Assembly (NCBI GenBank): GCA_903913865.1
Contig: CAIWMU010000039.1
Span: 24,793-88,792 of the forward strand
Direction: 5' to 3'
Length of the DNA: 64,000 bases
Source: an uncultured Verrucomicrobia subdivision 3 bacterium
GTDB taxonomy: Bacteria; Verrucomicrobiota; Verrucomicrobiia; Limisphaerales; UBA8199
Positions 29,020-38,257 of this stretch are shown here, in pieces. Made by a program: the position numbers and the translations under genes. The notes beneath the pieces are model-generated. The model made no database searches and was not told the DNA's origin. It saw only the letters and a list, made by a program, of their open reading frames with translations. Each line of letters starts with the position of its first letter. Positions within the stretch are counted from its first letter, which is position 1.

Positions 29020-30786
29020 TCATTTGCGCGGCAGGCGAAGATTCTGCCGCACCAGTTCGGGCAGGTATTTCACGGGGATGGATCCATTCGCCAGCACCGC
29101 CTCATGGTAGCGGGCCAGGTTGAATGAGTCCCCCTGCTCCCGCTGGATCTGCTGCCGCAGCCGGTAGTGGGCCATCCTTCCAGTGAAGTAGGTGGAGAGC
29201 TGCACGGAACTCTGCTTGCTGCGGATCACCTTCAGCCGCGCCTCCCCTTCCGATTGGAAGGCCTGGTTCACCAGCAGATCCATCGCCTGCTCATCGGTCA
29301 TCCCCTCGCAATGCATCCGGTGGTCCAGCAGCTTGTTCGCCACCGCCCGCAGGTAGAACTTCAACTGGTTGAGCCGCAGCGCCGGATCCCCGCCCCCATA
29401 CCCCTGGTCAATCATCGTCTGCTCGGTGTAAACCGCCCAACCCTCCACAAACACCCCGGAACTGAGCACCTTCCGGATCAGCGAGGGATTCCGGTTCGCG
29501 TATTCCATCTGCACATAATGGCCCGGATAGGCCTCGTGGATCGTCAGGATCTGCAGCATGTGCCGGTTGTATTCCTCAAGAAAACTCCGCACCTTCGCCG
29601 CATCCCACGACTGCGGCGGCGGGCTGATCGCATAATGCCCCACCGCATTCGTGTCCAGCGGCGGCGGGGAGGCCATGTAGGCGATGGAATTCCCGCGCTG
29701 AAACTCCGGCATCTCGATCACCCGGCAGCGGTCCGGATCCGGCAGCCTCAGAATCCCCGCATCCGTGATGAACCGCTTGATGTTCGCAACCGTTGCCCGC
29801 GCATCCCGGACCAGTGTCTGCGGTTTCCCGTGCTCCAGGGCGATTTTTCCCATCACAGCCCGGATCGTTTCGCGGCGCCCCTCGGCATCATCCACCGGTA
29901 GCGGCTTGCCGGGAAAGTAGCGGCTCCACACCTGACGCGCCATCACATGCATGTCGTTCCGCACCCGGTCGAACTCCACCTGCGCATCCGCGTAATTCTG
30001 GTCCTCAGTGATCCCCGCATCGGTCTCTAGCTCGAACTTCCTGTAAAACTTCTCCCGCCCGATCCGCCATTCCCCGTTTGCCCGGGGCAGCAGGTCCTTC
30101 TCAAGGAATTTCTGGTATTCCCGCAGCACCGGCACCAGCTCCCCGGCCGCCGCCTTCAACGCCGCCCCCTGGCTCGTCTTCCCCGCCAGACCGAACACCT
30201 CCTCCTCGTAAAAATGGATCGCACCCTGGTTCTGCTGGATCGCCGTCTCCAGATACACCCGGGGAGGATTCTTCAAGCTCACCCGCGCCGCCGCCACCAC
30301 CTTCGCAACCTGCCGGATCCGGGCGATCGCGTTCCGCACGTTCGTCTCATGCGGCAACGTCGATTGCGTGAGAAGGCTGAACACCGATCCACAGATCAAC
30401 CCGCTGTAGCTCCGGGGATCCGTCACATACGGGTCAAAGTTCTCCGAGGACCACAGCGATGCCTTCAGGCTCTGCTCCAGAATCTCGTAATCAATCTGCC
30501 CGGCCCGCGTCAGCTTCTTGTAATCCACCTTGCGCGGCAACTCCTCCACCGCCCTGCGCGTCTGCTCCACCGCCCGTGCCCTGCCCGCCGCCGAGACATC
30601 ATCCAGCTGGTCATCAAACCGGTGATCCCCAAGATCCGTGGCCGAAGAAGGCTGGAGACGGAACCCCTCATCCAGGTGTTCCCTGAAAAATACCGCCAGC
30701 GCCCCATCCTCCCCCTCCGCCGCAACGGCAGGACCGGGACAAAGGCTCAGCGCCAGAATACATAAAGCAATGGATGCCAATTTCAT
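29020..30786 (-). CDS. DUF885 family protein (putative metallopeptidase-like)
   Basis: 588 aa with a signal peptide, the HEAYPGHYVQ motif and the overall DUF885 pattern (RFDDQLDDVS..., EIEMPEF...). Confidence 0.8.
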   Translation of the reverse strand: MKLASIALCILALSLCPGPAVAAEGEDGALAVFFREHLDEGFRLQPSSATDLGDHRFDDQLDDVSAAGRARAVEQTRRAVEELPRKVDYKKLTRAGQIDYEILEQSLKASLWSSENFDPYVTDPRSYSGLICGSVFSLLTQSTLPHETNVRNAIARIRQVAKVVAAARVSLKNPPRVYLETAIQQNQGAIHFYEEEVFGLAGKTSQGAALKAAAGELVPVLREYQKFLEKDLLPRANGEWRIGREKFYRKFELETDAGITEDQNYADAQVEFDRVRNDMHVMARQVWSRYFPGKPLPVDDAEGRRETIRAVMGKIALEHGKPQTLVRDARATVANIKRFITDAGILRLPDPDRCRVIEMPEFQRGNSIAYMASPPPLDTNAVGHYAISPPPQSWDAAKVRSFLEEYNRHMLQILTIHEAYPGHYVQMEYANRNPSLIRKVLSSGVFVEGWAVYTEQTMIDQGYGGGDPALRLNQLKFYLRAVANKLLDHRMHCEGMTDEQAMDLLVNQAFQSEGEARLKVIRSKQSSVQLSTYFTGRMAHYRLRQQIQREQGDSFNLARYHEAVLANGSIPVKYLPELVRQNLRLPRK

Positions 30787-30924
30787 GCTGCGACTCTAAC
30801 AATAGCCGAGCCGGATGCAAACAAGGCATCACACATTCGGGGGATGAACCACGATATTTGCCCATCACGATCGCCATGGAAAAGGCAAAACAGGGCACAA
30901 CATCTGTTTGTATCGACACCACAC

Positions 30925-32152
30925 CCCGCGCTGCAGGCCTGTGTAGGCGATCCCCCCAACACACACCCCACCCTATAAGGGCAAAACCCAACACCCCCCC
31001 ACCCGGGTTCACAAAACACCCAACCTCACAACACGCGACACTCTTCCCCCCAACACCCACCGCCTAACCTCACAACACCCAACCCCACACCGCCCACCCA
31101 ATCGCCCTGTAAGGGCGCCATGTTATAGCCCGGGCTGCAGGCCCGGGTATGCAAACCATAAAACATCCCCCGCCCTGTAAGGGGCGGCACCCACACACCC
31201 CACCCACCCCACCCTGCCAATTTCATTCCCACGCATCATATTCATTCAAAGGTTTCCACCCGGTTCTCACCCCCCGTGCAACATCGCGTCGCCCCTACAG
31301 GGCTCGGGATTCTTACACTGGGGGGCACTCCACCCGGGCCTCCAGCCCGGGCTATAACATGACGGGCTTCCAGCCCTCCCAAATGCGGGGTGGCGCGGTG
31401 CACCCAATTGATGCCTGTATGAATCACCAATGGGTTCACCTCGATATCGAAACCACCAACCATCCCCAACGGAAAACTCTCACCAAATACCCCCATCCCC
31501 CGGGCTTTCAACCCTCCCAAATGGGCGGGCCTGCCCATGGTATCTCGACCTTTGCCACGCGGTTGATCTGAATCCCCCCACTCAGGTTCTCACAACACGC
31601 ATCCTCGCACCCGCCATCCGAACGCCCTGTAAGGGCGCAATGTGATAGACCGGGCTGCAGGCCCGGGTAGGCGATCCCCAACAACAACCTCCCCCGCCCT
31701 GTAAGGGCGGCACAACCCCACCCTCCCACCCCACCCCGCCAATTTCATTCCCACGCATCATATTCATTCAACGGTTTCCACCCAATTCACAACTCCGCCG
31801 TATTCCCTTCGAGAACCCCCGTGCAACATCGTGTCGCCCTTACAGGGCTCGGGATTCTTACGCGGGGGGGGCACTCCACCCGGGCCTCCAGCCCGGGCTA
31901 TAACATGACGGGCTTCCAGCCCTCCCAAATGGGCGGACCTGCCCATGGTATCTCGGCCTTTGCCACGCGGTTGATCTGAATCCCCCCACCCCGGTTCTCA
32001 CAACACGCAACCTCGCACCGCCCATCCGAACGCCCTGTAAGGGCGCAATGTGATAGACCGGGCTGCAGGCCCGGGTAGGCGATCCCCAACGACAACATCC
32101 CCCGCCCTGTAAGGGCGGCACACCCCCGCCCTCCCACCCCATCCCGCCAATT
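30925..32152. repeat. REP-B array: at least seven REP hairpin units in both orientations, organised as ~519-nt and ~409-nt tandem units
   Basis: The hairpin core cccgggc-tgcag-gcccggg (or cccgggcctccagcccggg in the inverted orientation) occurs at 31129, 31333, 31650, 31879 and 32059, with degenerate copies near 30930 and 31497. The palindrome gccctgtaagggcg occurs at 31104, 31623 and 32032. Confidence 0.85.
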
Positions 32153-32710
32153 TCATTCCCACGCATATTGTTCATTGAGGGGCTTCCCGTTTTTCTCGCA
32201 AAACCGGCGGTATTCCGTTTGGAAATCCTCTTTTGCATGATGTTGGGCCTTGTTGCGGATGTATTCTCGCACCGCTTCAACGTGCATGGGGCTGACACTG
32301 AATTCTCCGTAGCCGGTTTGCCAGGCAAAATCAAAATACCACGCGTGCTGCTCTTTGATCCACACCGAGGATGAGGATTTCACCTGTTCCACAATCTTTG
32401 AGGGGGCATGGTTCTTGGATTGCGCGAACAGGATGTGGATATGGTCACGCACGGAATTGATTTCGATGAGGTGCGAATCGTGATTGTTCAGGATGCCCGT
32501 GATGTAGGCGTGGAGCGAACCACGCTCCTCATCCCGCAGGAGGGGACGGCGACCCTTGGTGCTGAACACCAGGTGAACGACCAGATTGGCGAGGGATTGT
32601 GACATGGTATGGTGCCCTTACAGGGCTTGGAATGGTTGTGTGGATGGCCAACCCGGGCCTCCAGCCCGGGCTGTAACATGGCGGGCTTTCAGCCCTGCCG
32701 CATGGGTGGT
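32032..32710 (-). mobile_element. RAYT locus: Y1 transposase gene bracketed by inverted REP-B units
   Basis: A forward REP (32032-32080) lies 3' of the gene and an inverted REP (32614-32710) lies 5' of it. This is the classical REP/RAYT arrangement. Confidence 0.65.
32153..32605 (-). CDS. rayT: REP-associated tyrosine transposase (IS200/IS605 TnpA-like HUH Y1 enzyme)
   Basis: 150 aa: LVVHLVFSTKGRRPLL, HUH motif DHIHILF, catalytic Tyr region QTGYGEFSVS. GC is visibly lower than in the neighbouring genes. Confidence 0.85.
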   Translation of the reverse strand: MSQSLANLVVHLVFSTKGRRPLLRDEERGSLHAYITGILNNHDSHLIEINSVRDHIHILFAQSKNHAPSKIVEQVKSSSSVWIKEQHAWYFDFAWQTGYGEFSVSPMHVEAVREYIRNKAQHHAKEDFQTEYRRFCEKNGKPLNEQYAWE

Positions 32711-32736
32711 TGCGTGACCCTTCGTCCCCCCCTTCT

Positions 32737-33225
32737 TCATAGCAGCGACCTGATATTCCCCAGCACCTCCGCGCTCTCGGCATCGAGCGTTGCGATTTCA
32801 TCCAGGATCTCCGCCGGGCTGCGGTGCGTGATTTCCTCGCCGCCGTTCGGGTTTTTCACGGAGAGGTCAAACGTCGTCGGGTCAATCGTCTGGGCGTCCA
32901 CGCTCCAACTCCTGGGCGAGTCGGCACAGGTCTTTTGTAGCGTCACGAACTGGATCAGGTCGTCGCCGGTCAGGGCGGTGTTGTGGTCAATCCGGCCGTC
33001 CCCGCCCTTGGGCGCGGCCCACGATTCCCAGCGATAGGGTTTGTCGAGGATGCCCGCGTATTTCTTCCCGTCGAGCGCGGCTTCGGTGGCCTTGTCCTGC
33101 TCGAGGGCGTCGAGATATTTCAGGAACAACAGCCAGGAGGTTTGCTCGGTGTAATCCAGTTCGCTGGTGCAACCGGCGTCTTTCCACAGAACGTCGTCAA
33201 TGTTTTTGAAGGCTTGTTCGAACAT
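32737..33225 (-). pseudogene. hsdM: Type I restriction-modification methylase (hsdM) remnant lacking the catalytic core
   Basis: From ATG 33225: MFEQAFKNIDDVLWKDAGCTSELDYTEQTSWLLFLKYLDALEQDKA (HsdM_N). This is joined in frame to a C-terminal tail (WSVDAQTIDPTTFDLSVKNPNGGEE). It is only 162 aa, and no SAM-binding or NPPF/Y block is present. Confidence 0.7.
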
Positions 33226-33543
33226 GGTGATCAGGTGGAAAAATCGAAATGGTGGTGGCGGCAGGTGAAATGCCCAGGCCGGGCGCACCGGAAGGGCGGC
33301 GCGTCATTGGCCGTTTGCAGGATGGGATTGGCAACGTCCATAGGTAACCCTCTGGGTATCATGCGCAAACAAGCCCGGGGTGGCGAGTGCAAAAGCATCC
33401 GCATGCAAGGCCACCGGGCGCGCATGAATGAAGGGTTCAACCGGATGTTCGCAGGCCGCGCGTGCGGAAGGGGGTGATTGGGAATTGGGGAACCGTAGGA
33501 CAGTATTGGGTGTGAAGGGTGGGGAATTCTGTGGGCCTGTTTT

Positions 33544-33650
33544 GCCCTTGCAGGGCGGTCTGAACTGTTTTTGGTGGGTTCCTCTTCCCGGGCCTCCAGT
33601 CCGGGCTATAACATGACGGGCTTCCAGCCCTCCCAAATGGGCGGTCCTAC
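33544..33650. repeat. REP-B unit (inverted orientation), isolated copy
   Basis: gcccttgcagggcgg ... cccgggcctccagtccgggctataacatgacgggcttccagccctcccaaatgggcgg, the same unit as at 31290-31390 and 31838-31935. Confidence 0.8.
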
Positions 33651-33756
33651 GCTGCGCCCAACAAACCGTTGTATAGACCACCAATGGTTTCCCCCGCAAT
33701 TTCGGAACAACCATCCCACACCCATGGGAAATTCTCCCCAATCCCAAACACCCTCC

Positions 33757-36700
33757 TCACTTCGCCCCGCTGCGCACCTCGGCGCTCAGGGTGTTCACAA
33801 GGGCCTTCAACTCTGCCACGCTCCTTCGCAATTCCGCGTTCTCCGCACGCAGCGCCGCCTCCCGCTCCTCAACCTTCCGGTTCAACCCCTGGATGGCCGC
33901 CAGTGCCACCCCCCCTTCATCCACCGTCGCGATGCTCGTCTCGTCCCGCCCCAGGCCAAACGCCGCCCGGAAATCCTGCGCCACAGGCCCGATGTGCTGC
34001 TCCCCGGGTTGGGCCTTGTAATTCCAACTCTGCACCGGCATGGCCACCACCTTCTCCAGGACCCCGGCAGAATCCACCGCCCCGAAGTTTTCCTTGAGAT
34101 TGCGATCCGAGGAGTTGACCCAGGTGTTCCCATCGCACCGGGCGTTCACCACCATGAACCTCGACGTCGGCGTGACATTGCCAACCCCCACACACCCGTT
34201 CGCAGCAAGATAAAGCGGGGTGCTCGTGTTGTTCCGGATGAAGGCCAGCCCGTCCCCTGTGACGCCTAGCTCTGGCGCGTAATTATACGACACGTCCCAT
34301 TTCACAGTGTCCGCCCCGAGTGCCCCGCCCCGGGCCGTGCTGTGAAACACAAGCCCCCCGTATCCGCCCATCTCCGGGGGACAGTTCAACACAATCCCCT
34401 CCCCATAGTTGCCACCATCGGAATCCACCCTCAGGTTTCTGGCAATAGTCGCCGACCCGCCGGCACTGATTGGCCCGGTGGCACCCACCGAGCCTGCATA
34501 GACACCCCCTGCCACACTCACCGCTCCCGTGACATACAATGAGTGGGTAAACCCTATGGTGCCAAACAGGCTGATAAGCGCCGCCCTGATCTCCATCCGG
34601 TCATCGATCCCGCTCTCCCCGATGCTCACATAATCCCCATCCCCGAACTTGATCAACTTCGGCGTCGGCCCCGTCTGGTTCGGCCCGATGCGCAGGATTC
34701 CGCCCCCGTTCCCATCCAAAAAGGTGTTCGTTCCGGTGAAGGTCTGGTTGCCGTTCCGGAGGGCCACATTGGCGCTGAGCCGGCCATCCGGCACCGTCCC
34801 CGCCGTCAGTTGTGCCCCGTCAAGCGCAGTCAACCCCGCCCCGCTCCCGCTGAACCCGGTCGCGGTCACGGTCCCATTCACGTGCAAGGCGCTCCGTGGG
34901 GCGTTCGTGTTGATGCCCACACCACCCGTGGCCCGGATCAGGAACTGGTTGTCGGCGGTCGATCTGAAGGGGTTCGTCGTCAGTGAATCCGCCCAGACGA
35001 ACGAACCCTGGTTCGTGGCCTGGGAATAGTATCCGGCCGCCATCGAATAGTGGCCGCTCGCTTTCGTGTAGGTGCCCATCGCAACCGAATCCCAGCCACT
35101 GGCCATCGAGCCCAACCCCATGGCGGTCGCATCATCGTTCGCGGCGATGGTGCTGCGGCCCATCGCAGTCGAGAAACTTCCACTTGCGGTCGTGGCAACC
35201 CCCATCGCGATAGAATCCAAACCACTGGCCACCGTATCCACTCCCAGTTCAACACCGCCAGCCCGCAAGCTGACCCGGTCACCCTGCACAATCATGTTCC
35301 CCACCACATGCAGCGGAGCTTCCGGCATCGCCGTGCCGATCCCCACAAGATCATTGGCCACAAGGTTCACCGGCACCGGTAGCGGTTTGAGCAACGTCAC
35401 CCCTCCCGGAAAGTAGGCTCCCACAACCAGGGTGCCTCCATCAAACGCAACCCCTATAGGGGAGTTCAGCATCCGCAGCCCAGCAAGGCCGTTCACAAAC
35501 CTCCCCTTCACCTGCGGGAGCGATGGATTGCTCACGTCCACAAGCGTCACAACGTTTTCATAGGTGGCCATTGCTGCGAGCAGGTTGCCTGAGAACGCCA
35601 CCCGGCTTACTCCCCCCATTCCACTATTGATCACTGCGCGCAACTGCGGGCTGGCCGGATTGCTCACATCCATCAGGTTCACAGCATCGGAACCCTGGGC
35701 CGCAATCGCCAGGAGACCATTCGTTGAAAAGGCAACCCCTCCATTCCCCAGGCTCAGGTTGGTGAACCCATTGACCCCGTTCCGGATCACCGAGCGCAAC
35801 TGCGGATCAGCAGGGTTGCTGACATCAATCAGGTTGACTGCACTGGAGTCATTCGCCGCCACTGCCAGCAAATTCCTGAAAAATGCCAAATGCCGGGGCC
35901 CCAGGAAATTCGTGAAGCCGTTGAATCCGTTCTGGATGTATCCAGCCAGGGTCGGAGCCCCCGGGTTGCTCATATTCACAAGTGTCACAGCAGCGTCGTT
36001 GTAGGCGCTGACCGCCATGATGTTGTTGCCCGAGAAGGCCACATCGTAAGCCCCTCCCAGTAGCGTGAACGCCCCCACCCCATCCCGCAACTCTGCCAGC
36101 TTCACCGGCGCTGCGGGATTTGTGACACTTATGATGGTCACCGCGCTGTCACTATATGCAGCCACCGCCAGAATACTCCCGTTGAACGCAGGGCCATTGG
36201 CACCCGCCAGATTCGTGAACACGGAACCGGCATCCGAATCACCCAATTGCGCAGTCAAAACAGGGTATTGCGGATTGCTGATGTCCATCAACGTCACCCC
36301 GCCTGAAACAGCTGCGACGGCCAGAACGTGGTTCGTGGATACCGCCACATCCCAGGCGCCACCCAGGTTGCTGTAGCCCAGATTGCCATTCTGCACCTGA
36401 AATTGGAGATTCGGCTGGTAAACCGTCGGTCCCGTGGAGATCTGCAGACCGCCCTGGGGCGTGCTCGTCCCGATCCCCACCCACCCGCTCCCGCTCACCT
36501 GGAGGGCATTCGTCACCCCGCCCCCCGGCGATCCAAGCTGTGTCACCGCCCCCGCCGTCACCCCCCCGGCTGTGCCCGCAAAAGTGGCGGTCCCCGCACT
36601 GGCCGCGCTCCCGGCATTCGGCGCATACATCGCATACGGGGTGGGCGTCAGCGGCTGCCTGGGGCTCAACGTTGTAAACGCAACCGCCCCATTCGTCCGC

Positions 36701-36992
36701 ACCCCGATCTCCATCCACCGGTTCGCGCCGCTGAACGGGTTCCCGAAATCCAATGAGACGGTAAACAGCCCGTTGCTCACCCCCACCCCATTCACCACCT
36801 GGCCAACCCCCACCTGATCCGCCCCGTTGACAGTCCCAAAAAGTCCAAATTGAAGGTCGTAACGCCCGTTGACCGCCCCGGCACCCCGGTCAACCTCCCC
36901 TGATAGGTGAATGCGGTGCCCTGGGCATAAATGCCGGATGTTCCAAGGGTCAAAACCAATACCCCTCCAAGCAGCAAGCGTGCGAATGTCAT
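33757..36992 (-). CDS. Secreted fibre protein (frameshifted): LVIVD repeats + Hep_Hag-like head repeats + S74 intramolecular-chaperone tail-fibre domain
   Basis: The signal peptide and first strand (MTFARLLLGGVLVLTLGTSGIYAQGTAFTYQGRL) lie in the frame of ORF 36792-37031, and the rest lies in ORF 33757-37038. The junction is a C4 run at 36876-36879. At least six (V/I)xLxDVSNPxxPxL units span residues ~225-550. Then come SIAMGVATTASGSFSTAMGRSTIAANDDATAMGLGSMASGWDSVAMG, and the C-terminal NSSDRNLKENF...GPVAQDF...VDEGGVALAAIQGL plus a coiled coil. Confidence 0.75.
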
Positions 36993-37086
36993 GTGTTTGT
37001 AAAGGAACATGCATCGCCCCACCAACACCAAATGTCAAACACCTGTCACCAGAAATTCAGCAGGAAGCCCCCCCGGCAGCTGAATA

Positions 37087-38013
37087 TCAGTTAACCCGCG
37101 CGGAACAGTTTGTGAATGTGCAATTGCCGATGGACCGGGTATGCAGATCGCAGCGCACCACATAGCCAACCCCCCGGACGCTGTGCAACAGCTTCTGCTC
37201 CATCCCAACCTCTATCTTGGTCCGCAGCTTCTGCACATAGACCTCAATCAAGTTCGAATCGAGGGTTAATTCCCCATCCCACACCTCCCGGGAAATGGTG
37301 TCGCGGGAACAGACACGTCCGGCGGACCGCATCAGAAACTCAAGAAGGCGGAACTCGCACTTGGTCAACTCCAAATGCCGCCCACCACGGTGCACCGTGC
37401 GGGACATGGTGTGCAGGATCAGATCCCTGACCTGCAGCACCAGTGGAACGACAGAACGGGGTGCCCGGAGCAGACGCTGCACCCGCAGGTTCAACTCCTG
37501 AAACTCATACGGCCATGTAAGGCAATCGTCCGCTCCTGCCTCCATTCCACGCACCCGCCCCGCAGAACCCCCTTCCCGGCAGATCAGCAGCACAGGCCGG
37601 TCATCCCCGCTCGCGCGCAAACGCTTCACCAGACCCGGACCCGCATTCCGACCTCCCCCAAGGTCCACGATGATGACTTCACACAATTGCGCGGAAATCG
37701 CAGCATGCCTCGGCAGCGTGGCGGACGGAAATTGAACCGGAAAACCAACCCCCCGGAGCGCCCCGGCCAGCGTTTCAGCCGTCCTGAAGTCATCCGCCAC
37801 CACCAAAACCTGCCGGGTGCCGGCCAAATCCGCCGGAGGCTGTGGCATGACCGGAGGCTTGCCCGGGCTGCCAACCGGCTCTGCCTGCTCGGAGAAATCA
37901 TCAAGATCCGGATGCCCCGGCCGCCCCTTGCACACAGGCTCCCCAATACCAATAGCCTTGCGTGCCTGCCCTGCGGAAAATACCCGGCTTACCCCGAACT
38001 TTTTGATCTTCAT
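37087..38013 (-). CDS. Atypical OmpR-family response regulator (degenerate receiver, Cys/His C-terminal tail), paralogue 1
   Basis: Start at ATG 38013. After a ~65-aa N-terminal extension, the receiver keeps ADD and the VIIVDLG Asp. It has LLIC in place of the conserved T/S and LTWPY in place of the conserved KPF. The wHTH is LLEFLMRSAGRVCSR...LLHSVRGVGYVV. The tail is RCDLHTRSIGNCTFTNCSARVN. Confidence 0.8.
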   Translation of the reverse strand: MKIKKFGVSRVFSAGQARKAIGIGEPVCKGRPGHPDLDDFSEQAEPVGSPGKPPVMPQPPADLAGTRQVLVVADDFRTAETLAGALRGVGFPVQFPSATLPRHAAISAQLCEVIIVDLGGGRNAGPGLVKRLRASGDDRPVLLICREGGSAGRVRGMEAGADDCLTWPYEFQELNLRVQRLLRAPRSVVPLVLQVRDLILHTMSRTVHRGGRHLELTKCEFRLLEFLMRSAGRVCSRDTISREVWDGELTLDSNLIEVYVQKLRTKIEVGMEQKLLHSVRGVGYVVRCDLHTRSIGNCTFTNCSARVN

Positions 38014-38151
38014 GACAATGTTGAAAGAGTGACGGTGGAGTGGTTCCCGACATATCAGCCCGCCCCATGAATCCCACATGTCGTCCCCGGAACCAACTTC
38101 CACCGTCACGGAAACCTTAACACCCCTTTATGAAGATTCGATGAAACGAAC

Positions 38152-38178
38152 ATTAATTTCTGTTCATAATTCATGATC
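38152..38178 (-). promoter_or_regulatory. AT-rich motif upstream of atypical regulator 1 (candidate promoter/operator)
   Basis: attaatttctgttcataattcatga lies ~140-165 nt upstream of ATG 38013. A similar motif lies at the same distance upstream of the paralogue (39323-39347). Confidence 0.35.
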
Positions 38179-38257
38179 CCCAACGGCGTGACCGGGTGTG
38201 GTCTCGGCATTGCGGGCGGGCGACCCGGCTTCCCGCGTCAATGCCCGGAGGGAGGGG

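Noticed and set aside
30925-32152. Possible CRISPR array
   Set aside because: The repeats occur in both orientations, are themselves long hairpins of unequal spacing, and the intervening sequences are also repeated. No cas genes are present. The structure fits REP/REPIN clusters, not CRISPR.
33757-37038. Prophage or tailocin, because of the tail-fibre chaperone domain
   Set aside because: No capsid, portal, terminase, baseplate, sheath or integrase genes lie within the window. The neighbours are regulators and REP/RAYT DNA.
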